In this document: in pieces, positions 36,456-48,599 of the stretch
Layout of the letters: each line of letters begins with the position of its first letter
Numbering within the stretch: position 1 is the first letter of the stretch
Origin: Blasia pusilla
Lineage: Eukaryota
DNA length: 64,000 nt
Direction: 5' to 3'
Assembly: GCA_050084515.1 (NCBI GenBank)
Contig: CM114271.1
Coordinates: 26,350,001-26,414,000 of the forward strand
The notes under the pieces: generated by a model
What the model saw: the letters and a program-made list of their open reading frames with translations, nothing else
What the model was told of the DNA's origin: nothing
Databases searched by the model: none
Program-made: the position numbers and the translations under genes

Positions 36456-39400
36456 CCGTCACTAGGTTCTGGTGGGTCATAGTCTCGACGATTCCCAATA
36501 TCTCCAGTCCGGGATATGTCCTTGAAGTGTACGCGGTCTACTCGCGCCTCCCCTCTCGGGCCTCTCCGCTGAACGGTAGCGCAGGGCGTTCGAGCAAAAA
36601 TACCGGCCGGGTTCGGCAGGCAGCGAAATCACACGTCCGGGATGTTTGGACCGACGGACAGGTCGTGTGACGCGACCACGAGACGTCCGCCGATGGAGCT
36701 AGACCAGGGGCGGGCCCCGCCAGGGTTGTCTATAATAAGTGTGGCCTCAACATCTGCGAAAGGCGGCCGGTATTTGCCGCATTCGCTCGATGCTTCACCT
36801 ATATGCCAGTGGCACGCCGCCCAGCGTGGCGCTTGCAACGCCACGCTGGTGCGGGGGCTGGCCGGTCGCCCTCGCCCTCTCGCGGCAAAATGCATTTCAA
36901 ACCCTACCGCCCCTCGCACAGTGATCCGATGCCCCAACGGGCCAACGTCCACAACGCCGCAATTATTTTGCAGGAATTTGGATAATCGCCGATCTCACCA
37001 CAACCGAAGGGGAAAACATGAAATCACCGGCCGCTCTTCAACGGGATTCCCCACAGTGAATGTGAATAAATGTGTACCGACGCGGACTGGAATGTAGCGC
37101 CACCGGCCTTGAGATGAGCGTAGCACTTGGGGATTGGCGATCATACTGTGTACTCGCGAAAGTTCTTTGCGATCGACCGATCGCCAGCATTTTCGTCGCA
37201 GGGTCACGAGGGGGCTGGAGATCCCCTCGTATTTATATATTCTTCCTTCCGTTTGGCGGTTGCCCGGAACACGTTTCGTTGTGTCCTGCTGCTGATGCTG
37301 CTAGGTCTCCCCCCCAAGGCCAAGTACAGTACATAATAGCGAGTCCTTATTTAGCGAGGCGAAATTCCCCGACCGTGGGACGAGCGGCATTCCCTTCCGT
37401 CTGGTACACAAGAGCCAGCCAGCCAGCCAGCAGCAGGTGACCAGGGGAGGGGAGAGTATATGACCGGCTACGGTCCGCGCCGGGCGGCCGGGTGCGTGAG
37501 AGAAATCTAAAATGCCGGTCTCTCCGGCATTTTGGTGATGCCTGCTGTTCCGAAGTAGGAGAAACAGGCCGGCCATCCCGCGTGTTATAAATGCGTGACA
37601 GCAGGCCTACCCGTCATTGGAGCAATGTGGCTCCCACACCTGACACAAACATTGCGGTTGTACCCGGTGCAGGCTTGCCTTGTCCGAAGATGCTCCATAT
37701 CTGCCGTTGTGTCTGATCTGCGCCGCGCTCCTCGGTCGGGAACGGGCAGATTTGAGTAGTGTGGCAGTCTTCTTTCTGCTGCGCCATTACCGAAGACGAG
37801 CCTCCGAGGGCGGTTACCAGACCCCTCGGATCCGACTTACCGTCGGCAGCCGGTTCGGTACTTGCGCGAGGGAGTATTTTGTCCCACGTGTCCGTGGATG
37901 TCCTCTCTCCTCCTCGTTGTACTTACTAGCAGTCCGAATAATCTTTAACATGCCTGCTCGCTCGTAAGATAAGAACTCGATTATTTCCTTTCAGACCGGA
38001 CGAGACCAGACACAAATTAGACATAACGTGATACAATTAAGGGCGTAATGAAGAGGGGACGGACGACAACTGAAAGGATGGAGACACGGACAAGGAACCT
38101 GCTCGCTCGTATGATACCGCCTTCCCGTGGATAAGCCTGGCTGCAGGCAGGCAGGCAGGCAGGCAGGCAGGCACGGCTCGTCACGGGCCGGACTCACTCA
38201 TGGCAAGTACGAGTTGCTTTCCTCTGGCACCGCTTCGCTACCGTATTGTGTGTAAGGACGTGCCGAGGGCATTTGGGCGATAATCCGTGGAAAGTAAGCT
38301 TTGGAATGTTTTTCCGTAAGATAATCGGCGGGCGGGCGGGCGGGCGGGCGGCTCCCTCCGTCTATATGACAGTACCGCCCGCGAGCGGAGAGGATCCCGA
38401 TACTTTGAACCTACTAATAAATAGGGAGGGAGCCAGCGACTGTCTCGCGAGATGCTATGCGATGTTCTAGAAAGCGATCTTTATTATTGTAATAGGGGGC
38501 GGGGGGAGAAAAAAAAGCTACGTAAACACCCGCACCTAATTCGCTGTTGTGCATCGTTCATACAGTAAGTGGTACGGACGCTCGGCCCTGCTTCGCTTAT
38601 ACTATGAGAGGCAGGAGCCAATGGGGATGAAGGAGAAGAGCTCACGCCAAAAAATCATGCTCGTGGAAATGTGCACACAGGAAGCGCCGCAAAACAACGT
38701 GGCACACCCTTGGCGCACGCAAAGAACATCATCATTGAGGGAACCGCTACGCATACACAGGCACACATCTCACCGGTACAGTATATGTGGAAGGCAACAG
38801 AGAGCGCACAGTGGTAGATCATACATATATTCCTGTACTGTGGATATATATACACAGTGGATTCTGTTTCACCGGTCCCCATGTCGCGCTTGGGAAGCTG
38901 GGAGGTCCCAGTCCATTATTTTGCGTAATTGGATCTCCAGAAACTCGTTTTTAAATGCGGTAACGAAGCCGACTTGAAGAATCCTTTTCCTCGATCCAAA
39001 CCAGGCCTAGCGATTCGTGTCCATCGACCGGACCCAAGGAGAAAACCTATTCACCGATTAAACGGGACTACCCACTCGCAGTTTGGGACCGGACAGCACC
39101 TCCTTGCCTTCATCTCGACTCACCGTCGATGCGAATCGCTCACGCCCTGCCTTCCACGAGTTGGATCCGACCGTGTCTGTCTCTGTCTCGCTCGCTCGCT
39201 CGAGCGACCGAGCAAATCAGTCCTTGCGACGACGCTACAGCGCCCCCCCGCACCCCATCGCGTGCTCGTTCTTCTTGTCTCATTTGATCCTTCTCCCCGA
39301 ACCTCTTCCCGTCAACGACCCTTCTCTTCTTTCACTCTGCATCATCACCTTTGAAGTTTGAATTCCCGAGGCATCACTCGTTCATCGGAGTTGGGAAAAA

Positions 39401-40539
39401 CTCCTCATACGTCCCTCATACATGAGGAGAAGCGAGGGTCCTTCCTTTCCCCCCTTTCGACTTCCCTCTCGTATTTCCCATCCGTTTCCCCATTTATTTT
39501 CAAGTCTTGTTTTTCGAGTATGACTCGCGCGTTCAAAATCTATCGCTGCCATCTCTGAACAGGAAGTACAAGTAAATTTTAAGAATCCTTAAAAACACCT
39601 CACTTCTCAATGTTCGGCGTGCAGAAACGACCGTCTATGTTTTTCTTTAATAAACGGCGTCCGCATCCGACTTCGCTATGAAGCCTCCCGAACCCTCCTC
39701 CCAAAACTACGCCTCCTTTGAACACGAACACCGGAGCTGCTCTCCGCATGTTCCGGTACTCTGCCTAGTTTTTCTTTTCGGCCGTGTCGGCAGCTCCGGT
39801 CACCCTTCTGCTGCCTAGTCACGTCGTGTTAGCAGCTCCGGTCACCTCGCCGCCGTGTTCCGGTACCTTAGAGAACGAACGAACGAACGAACCACCGGTC
39901 AAAACTAACGCTGGGAGTTAAGGGCTGCGCGCCTCCTTCCCGGCACGTTTTGGGTACTTAAGAGATTGAGCGAGGGGTCAGAGCCTTTCTGTTAGCTCTT
40001 TTCTTTTTTAGCATGTTTTAGTCCTTACGAGAATAAATCGTCGGTCAGAACTTTTTGAGTTATGGGCATTATCCATGAAGCTTCTATACTCTTTCCTAGA
40101 AAGCTCCACCCCCAGCCCCATGTATTTTTCTACTCTCTCACCTGTCTACACTCACCAAAATACGTCATATGATACACATGCCAGACTCCATTCAGGCGCC
40201 CTTTCTCGTGACTGTTTATTTATGGTGGTGTCACATTTTCCACTCCGAATCATCTCTTACAGCCGAAATTGTATTTCTCGATCGAATGTGTGAATTTATT
40301 TCTTTATTTCTGGGATTTTTTCCCTTTTTCGTAGATTTTTTAATTGCATTACAAAAATATTTATACTGCTCTTTACACTTTATGCTGTTTCTTTTCGAAG
40401 AATGTCAAAAGTCTTTTGGTTGGTGAAAGTTTTCTTATGGGGGCAACATAAGAGTTTTGGAGATTATTTTTTACCTATCAAGGCTAAATCCGCATAAAGA
40501 GACCCCCAAAAAAATGGAGATCGTAGATCTCAAGGTTCC

Positions 40540-40985
40540 ATGTGGACAAAGTCCGTGTCCGTGGACTTATTGTCCGTCTTATGGAAGGAATTTTCCGTAT
40601 GGGCCCCACTTTTTGCTTCTTTCTCATTTCCCTTACTTGCCTTTGTGTTCCATACTCCCCCATTTCTTCCTCCCTCCACCTCCACTCCCTCCTCCCTCAT
40701 TGTTGCTCTCTTCCTGTCCATGGACATGCTCATGTTATTGGACTTAGGTACATCCTATGGAAGGACTTGTTCATTTGAGGCCTCTTTCCTTTTCTCATCC
40801 CCTCCAATGGCCTCTATATTTTGCACTTGCCCCTTTCATCCCCCCCTTCGCTATCACGCATGCCCTCGCCGTCCTACCACCACGAGCAAAAATTATGAGT
40901 CTCGCCTCTTACAATCCATGTCCATGGACATGTTTGGTCTTGTCCATCCCTAGGACGGAAATATTCGTTTTTTGCAACTATGCTA
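40540..40985. repeat. Dispersed non-coding repeat (MITE-like), copy 2
   Basis: Homologous to 21980-22290 at both ends (GTGGACTTATTGTCCGTCTTATGGAAGGA...; TGTCCATCCCTAGGACGGA...GCAACTATG), with an internal partial duplication at ~40735-40800. Confidence 0.75.
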
Positions 40986-41440
40986 GGGAGTCTCTTCCCC
41001 AAACCTTAAACTATCTACCACCCTCGCTTTCCCAAGTGAAATCACAACGGCTATCCTCAAGTTGCACCCCAAGCACTATCCTAGCTCAAAACCTAGAATA
41101 TGACTGAACATAAGTATCCTCCCATTAGGACTAACGTTGATTCATAATAAAAAATTCAAAAATTTTAGGGATTTGAAAATTAAAATAAGATTTAAGCTCT
41201 AACTCTCAAGCAAATTTTTTTAATTTATGGCCTTCCCAAATTACTTTTTCTTGGATGCACATAGTAGCGGGGACTCAAGAGATGACTTAGATAAGTTAAA
41301 ATAAGATCTATCTTAGTGGGAACATTAAGTTAGCTCCGTTAGCTAAGTGAAATCTCCGTTAGCTAGTTGCAAGATTAGGGAGACGAAAGAGTGACCCATC
41401 AAGGCAAGTTCAAGATGAACCTTGATGTAGTTTTGGTGTC

Positions 41441-41530
41441 ATGGTTTATTGCCTATATAGGCAAGAAATCATCGTTTGATCATCATGATTTCTTGCCATT
41501 ATGGTTTCTTGTCTATATTGGCAAGAAACC
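41441..41530. repeat. Alternating-orientation array of TTTCTTGCC/GGCAAGAAA forming two imperfect palindromes
   Basis: ATGGTTTATTGCCTATATAGGCAAGAAATCAT ... ATGATTTCTTGCCA ... GGTTTCTTGTCTATATTGGCAAGAAACC. Confidence 0.75.
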
Positions 41531-41999
41531 TTAAGATCGAAACTACATCCAAGCCACCAACCAACCCTACAGACTCGAGCACAACGAATCAGACAACAAA
41601 GTAACACTTGTAAAGACGGAGTTGCGCCTTAAGACAAGTCATGATTCTTAGGAGAAAGGTCAAGCATCGATCACGGGAAGCATGGAAAAAAGAAGATGGG
41701 AGAGGAATCTTAAGGTTAGTCCTGGATACGAATGATTGGCTTGGGATTCATGAATAGTCAAGGATGGTGTTGGTGCGGTGAGACTAGTCATGAAAAGAAA
41801 ATGGTGGGAAGACCAACATCGGGAGATGAAGGCATGACTCAAGATGGATAGTTAATCTTGAGATGCCCGAAATATAAGGCAAGAGGCTTAAATGAGCTTG
41901 GTGCGTCATGAAGGGGCGAAAAAAACCACAAGACTATCTCAACTCATTTTGGAATCCAACGAGTAATATGCATAGTAAGGAGAACCAATCCAATAAATC

Positions 42000-44520
42000 C
42001 ACTTTTTGTTCGAGAATCATCAATATTTCAAGATAAAATTTCATTTCTAATCACTAAAAAGATGCCATTAGGATCTCATATTTCTTCAAGTAGTTCCCGA
42101 GAATATGGATATTATGCAAGAAGATGCAAAGGTACAAATTTTGGTCCTGGACACAAAAATTTTGATGGAAGATATGACTCCTAAATTTAAATTCAATAAA
42201 ATGAGGGCTACCAAGTTTAACAAACAAACAAACTTTGGCTCTTAAAGGGACAACTTCAAAGGCAAGGGAAACATACATAGTCAAGGTGATCCATCACATA
42301 GATTTTATAACTATGAATCAAACATTATTATTCAATGATTGCTCCAAAAAATTAACTTAATGTATGAAGCTCTTTCAAGAGAGAATTTTGTCGAGAAATA
42401 ATAGAGTGAAAAGCAAGTCTTGACCATATCATGGAAAAAATCATGAAGTCTAAGAGTTCAAATACCATGGTAAAGATTAGTGCATTGATTCAAGAGCATC
42501 AAATCATATCGTTTGTCAAAAATGGTTCACCAAAATGGAACCATCAAAGACTGTAAGAGTTGTTGTAACATTAGATGATACTCATCATCAAAGCATCATA
42601 TGGGTAAAATTAATGTCACTCTTCTTTTTTCTTGCATCGATACTTTAAGAGATATATTGTAGGACCAATAGTATATGAATAAAGTGATATAGAGATAGAA
42701 ATTTTGGATACATAGCATATGATTAAGAAAATATAACATATCAACTATCAAAAAGTCAAGAGTGTGTCAAACTCTAAGATGTTGATAATATTATTTATCA
42801 TTATTTATTTTCTTTACTACTTATTCATAGTTGCATCCTATTTATCCAGTTAGCAAGCAAGTAAGGCATTAATTTCCAATAAAATATAAATATGCATCAA
42901 AAATTTTAGAGCTTGTAAATATAGATTTGTGGACATGATCTCAAACCAAGTTTTAGTGGCAACAAGAACTTTGTGTTCTTCATTGATGATTTCTTGACAA
43001 GAACATATGTACACATCTTAAAATAAAGTCAAAATTATTCCATTTGTTCTAAAATTTCAAGAATATAAGAATTAATCTAGATATTGAATTATTGAATTGA
43101 GATCGTATAGAGGAGAAAAGTTTATCTATAGAAATTTGATGTATTTCTATAATAATATAGTATCAAAAATCAAATTATTTATATTTATACTCTAGCTACA
43201 CCATAATGGAATGGTAGAAAGAAGAATCACATAATAGAAACAACAAAGAAACATGTATAAAAGTCCAGGGGAAAAAGCAATTGCATATATAGTCTATGTG
43301 ACAATTGAATATTGACAACATTAATACATACAAAGATAATAAGCTTGATCTTCATAAGAAACAAATATTATCTCTCACTCTTAAAGATATTTGACTACAT
43401 ATGCATTGATCACATTTCAAATCAAAAGTGCAAGAAGTTAGATATAAATTTATAAAGAAATTCTTCTTGGGCTATTGTCGACTACATGATACAGATTTTA
43501 AATGTCAGAACCCTTCTACCGAGTGGTTTTATTCTAAAGAGATGTGGTGTTTGAAAAAATAGAATCATGATATAAGAAAACATATTCAATTCATATTACT
43601 AGCACATATCATGAATCAATACAAAATCTAGGAAGGTATGATTAAGGAGTCTTCTTTTTTATATTTATATATATAGGCTCGATTAATAAATAAGGGATCA
43701 ACATCATAATTCACTTAGCCAAGATGATGACAATTCTAATTGTTATAGCATTAATAACGCACAAAGGTTGGAGAGTACATCTAATGAAGCTCAAAAACAT
43801 ATTTCTCAATAGATATTTGAAGGAGAATATTCTTAAATATGAGCATTTATATCATCTTGATTTTATGTAAATTAAGGAAGGCTCTTTGTGGACTCAAATG
43901 AGCCTTGAAAGCTTATTATAGTAAGATCAATAAATTCTTAAAGATTCTTTGATTTCACATTTACAGTTAAGATTAAATTTCACTCATTAATATAATATAG
44001 AAATTTAATTATAATCATCGTGTATGTTGCTTATTTGATTTTGAGGAAACTTAGTGAGGAATTAATATAGAAGTTTGATTTGTAGTTGTAAGAATAACTC
44101 AAGTTAAAGATTTGGAAGACCTTAAGTATTTTCATGGCATAGACTTCATTATTGATGGAGATGATGCATAGAAACTTCAATCCTAATAGGAATTGATTAT
44201 CTTTATGATTTCGATGCAACAACGTACAAGCAAATTTCAATATGACTAAACCATATCGTAAAGCTTACAGCCAATTAACATAATGAAATAATTAATCTTA
44301 GCATATCTCTTAGTATGATCAGGAGATTGATCTACTTGACTATCACAAGGAAACATCTTAGTTTATTTTCTTGGTTTGGTGAGTTGGTTATGCAATAACG
44401 TGTAAAATCTTACCTTGTTGTAATAAGATTGATCTTGAGTTATGTAAAGTTTGCATTTTATTTGGACTTCATTATTCAACTTTTGATCCTTTGGAATTAA
44501 GTGGATATTGATTAGGCCTC
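42000..44520 (+). mobile_element. Highly decayed Ty1/copia gag-pol remnant
   Basis: Copia order PR-IN-RT: IDSRASNH (~42485); LELVNIDLW; FVFFIDDFLTRTYVHILK (~42970-43022); LRSYRGEKF; HNGMVER; FFLGY; CKLRKALCGLK*ALKAYY (~43865); IVYVAYLI (YVDD-like); KDLEDLKYFHGI; LIYLTITR. LTRs not identified. Confidence 0.85.
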
Positions 44521-46573
44521 CCTTATTCTATAACTATGAGGAATATAGAGATTGTGATCAACGTAGATGGAAAACTAGACAAATGGTGAGAATGTGGCCG
44601 AAGACATATTTCATAGAAGGATGAAAATAAGATGGATATAATGGGATATAAGAACTTATAACCAAATGATATCATCATATGAAATAACTAAACGTAAACA
44701 AAGGGCAATAAGAACGATGGATTGGATCAAAAAAGGAGATGACCATACTACAACTTTAAATTGATGGTATTTTTACATCACATTTCATTATGTTTTATAA
44801 CTTGAAATCCAATTGGGAAAAAACATCTAGCAATAATATTCCCTTTTTTTAATCCATCATTTTTTCCATCATCAACTATTTATATTTTCCTTCTACAAGA
44901 TAATATTAAATTCCTGATTCAAATTTTCTCTCTACGTATAAAATCTACTAGTAAGGATTCGTAAGGGACGGTTAATGCATTGATCCCCATTTAATAATGC
45001 TATGTGCCAATGTTACCCCAATTTACGTAATATGATCCCCAACTAGCGTGATCCAAAATATTTTTGAGAGACATCTAGTGACATGTGTTAAACAGAGGAG
45101 TACCTACAAAAAAATTACATCCTTTAATTAGCTTATAGATTTTATTTTCTCAAAGCCACCATTAGTCTCCTCTATTTCACATAAGAACCCCTACAAAATT
45201 ATAATTTGTAACTATTCTTCACTCATTTTCCTCTAGTTATTTAGATTGATTCTATTATGACATGAAATCACAATTATTATATCTTAAAAACTATGCATGG
45301 ATTTTAATAATGTTTAGGAAATTATTTCTAAATATACCTTTTTGGATATTTATTTGGTCATAATTTCCTTTGCTTAGATTGACCATAAGAAAACATTCAT
45401 ATTTTCAAGTAAAATATATGAAAATTTCCTGATTTTTCATTATTAATTCATCAAGAATGAAGGGTTAAGGTTCTTTCTAATTAAAGAAAATTTGGGCAGT
45501 TAATCCATCTAAGTACATAAGATAGTGTATATAACTGATCTATCGGTAATGGAAAATATCTTAATAATAAATAATATTTTAACTAGCTTTCTACAAGTTT
45601 CTAGGTCTTCTCCTCCACGATAGACTTAAAATAATTAAATTAAAGTTCCACATGTTGTTTCTGGTAGTGAAAATTCCTATTAATTGAAAACCATACCATG
45701 CCATTTCTTCTATTTCTAGCCCTTGACTCTAGATTTTTTATCTAACGTTGTAGATTAAGTTCTTTCCTTAACTTGTACCATCCAATTTAGTTTTACATAT
45801 ATTGAATGCTCAATAATTTTTTTAGAAACTTGAATATTCAATCCCAAATTTTCTATTAGATTCGTCATCATTATTATGGCACATATTTATAGTATCTTTT
45901 TACCTACATGGAAACCAAAAATGTGAAGATTTTGTATTTTTATTTTGAAAATTTCTCAAAGATTCCATATAAAATATTCTAATAAACCTATTCCAATTTT
46001 TGGATTGAATTTTCCTTTTTGCACCTAATTCTATATTTTTGGGTAGATTTTAAATTTTCCCTTGGTTATGTTTAATCTAACTTAGAATAGCTTGAAGATT
46101 TCAACTCTCTATTTACTATCATATATACCCCACTAAGCTAAGTGGAATAAAAGTTATAAATAAAGGGAAATTTGGAAATTCCTTCATTTTTTTCTATCTT
46201 AAACTTAAATGGTTCTAATCCAATATTTTAGATGAAATTCTTTCTAACTCCTTCTACTATCCGTTTTTTAGATTGAGTATTCCTTTTTGGATACTACCCT
46301 ATATTATTCAAAATCATTTATACTAAATCAATCAAATTAATATGAGCTTCCACTGAGACATTGCTTCCATATTAAATGTATTGTGGGCTTCAAAAAATAT
46401 TGATATAATTCTTCCAATGTTATATATATTTTTTGGAAACCCTAAAAATTCTTATTTTTAGGGTTTCCAAAATAGGGGATATCCCTTTCTATAAATTTTT
46501 TTCTACATCTGTACAACTATATCTTATTGATGAATGCATATGTATTGGTCATATTTCAAATGAGGAGTGCAAC

Positions 46574-46808
46574 ATACAAATCATCTTAAAGATAGAATAC
46601 TTTGAAAGCGCTCTCAAAGACGTTTAACCAAATCAACACTAAAGATATAGCCTTACATCCTTGTACATAATATAGACATATGGCTATATCTACACTATAT
46701 ACAAGGATGTAAAACATAAGAGATTATATGGAGATACAAATTATCTTAAACATATAATACTTTGGAAGCTCTCTCAAAGATATTTAACCAAATTGACACT
46801 AAAGATCT
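46574..46808. repeat. ~75-bp direct repeats flanking a 60-bp imperfect hairpin
   Basis: ATACAAAT(C/T)ATCTTAAA...ACACTAAAGAT at ~46574-46646 and ~46734-46806; hairpin TTACATCCTTGTA...TACAAGGATGTAA at 46653-46712. Confidence 0.8.
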
Positions 46809-48599
46809 CTATATTTGCGCATGATACAACTGTAAGCCCGATGCATGAAAAAGCCTTGATTGTCTGGGTACTCTAAGAAGTGCAACTACACACTCTCAAA
46901 GGCTATAATTGCAAATGCAACTTCTCTAAGTAGAATCATCAACGCTTGAAGATGGAAATTTCATGAAGGTCGTGTTAAGATCTAGCAAATAAATTTTTTC
47001 TAAAAAATTAAAATTTTAGCTCTATTTTATATATTTTACAATATAAATAAATTTATATGATTATTGTATGGGAATTGCATTCCGAATTTTTAGGAGAGAG
47101 TACAATAGAATTGGAGTTATATTTGGATTTTCATATAGTGGTTTGCTCATTCTCTTGAGCTTCTTATTATAAAAATATGCTAAACTTTTGACTTAGCTTT
47201 TAGAATGTATATATCTATATTTATCTAGAGAAGTTATCAATAAATAAATGAGAGTATCAAAAATCATAGAGGATATGTTATGATGTTGTCCAATTATTTA
47301 AAAAAATATTTCCAAAAAATTTGGGAATTTTTTTGCTTTGATTTTGAAATGGAAATATTTTCAATTTTCCAAAATAATAAGCGAGACATATCTTTAGCGT
47401 TTTATAATTGAAAATTTTGGGACTCCAATTAGTATTTCACATGATAAAAAATTGTACTCTTTTGAGGATTTATATTGTTAATTTTCTTATGCCACATATT
47501 AAGATGTATAACTTATTTGTCAATTGATCACACTTTTTTTCAACTCTTGTATAGAAACATCTACTTTTAATATTTTCTTAGATTTCTTAGTTCTTTTCAA
47601 CTATGATATCTTGTTTGTTTGTTCATTATTTCAAGCAATTAAACATCTATCTTAAACTTCATTGGATAGTTATATCCTTCTATTATCCTATATAAATATA
47701 AATTGTGTGAGATTTCTTGGAATGGAAGGAAAGTAGATTTGATAAATGGGAACAAGTATCGGATGGGCGGTGGAGATGGAGAGACGTCTAGAATTTTTCT
47801 TGTAATTATTTCCATGGTGATCCAATCTTTTCAATCTAAAGTCCAATGTGTTCATCTTCTCAAGCTTGAACTTTGGGGTCTTCTTTTTCCCACTTAAGAT
47901 TGAGTTTTCAAAATTCTTGGGATCTTTGGACTTCCTCCTCTCCTAAATATGCTCATAGATTCCTATACGCAATTTCACCGATAGTGCTATCTTTATAGAG
48001 TGATACTGGGTTATCATCGGTTTAAGGGATTCCTCTTGCTTTTCTGGATCTTTTGATATGGGCTGGGCCCAACATTACGAACTCATTCCCTCATGGCAAT
48101 CAGTGGTGGATGGCTCACTTACTCCTCACATCCTCTTTTTTGATGTTTCCAATTTCTTTCATAACTTTCTTTTGGGATGTCGGTTTTGGACGTGTTTGGG
48201 CTTTCTTTGATCGTCTTCACTTGCTCGTTCTTTTCATATCAAGTAGGTTTTCTAGTTGTTCTTCCTTCTCCATAGGCGCCTATTTTTGTGTACGGGTTTG
48301 CTTTAGGTCAATTCCTCCCAAAAGTCTTCCTTGTTCTTTCAACTCCTTACCTTACTGTTTTGCCCCTACATACGTTTCCATCTCCTTAAGCACATTAGAA
48401 ATTCATCTTCTTGAGCCACCTCTTCCGATACCATATGGATCACTTTTCCTTTTCAATTATTTTTCATATTTTTCTTATAGTAACTTTCAATCGTAAATTC
48501 GGTATTGTCTAATCTTCTTCTCTGCATCGAAATTTCTTTTGGGCGGATTCCACTACTTATGTTTTTCTCATTATCCTCATGCTTTCTCTAAACCACGTT

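Larger units (their letters stand above)
31317..39950 (-). promoter_or_regulatory. Long TE-free leader/promoter and GC-rich regulatory island upstream of gene B
   Basis: No recognisable TE or protein motifs. Minus-strand TATA-like TATATTTT at ~34577-34584 followed by (TC)n at 34498-34520 suggests a TSS near 34550 (inference). Microsatellites at 34380-34428, 38143-38172 (GCAG)n, 38328-38351 (GGGC)n and 39873-39891 (GAAC)n. Confidence 0.5.

Noticed and set aside
35100-38900. GTAC (SBP core) cluster suggesting SPL autoregulation
   Set aside because: About 19-20 sites in 3.8 kb against ~15 expected by chance; not convincing.
33934-39361. Many overlapping 100-214 aa ORFs (e.g. 33934-34578, 36104-36670, 36642-37097, 38929-39354)
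   Set aside because: Low-complexity or microsatellite-derived, no recognisable domains, open in several frames as expected for GC-rich DNA.
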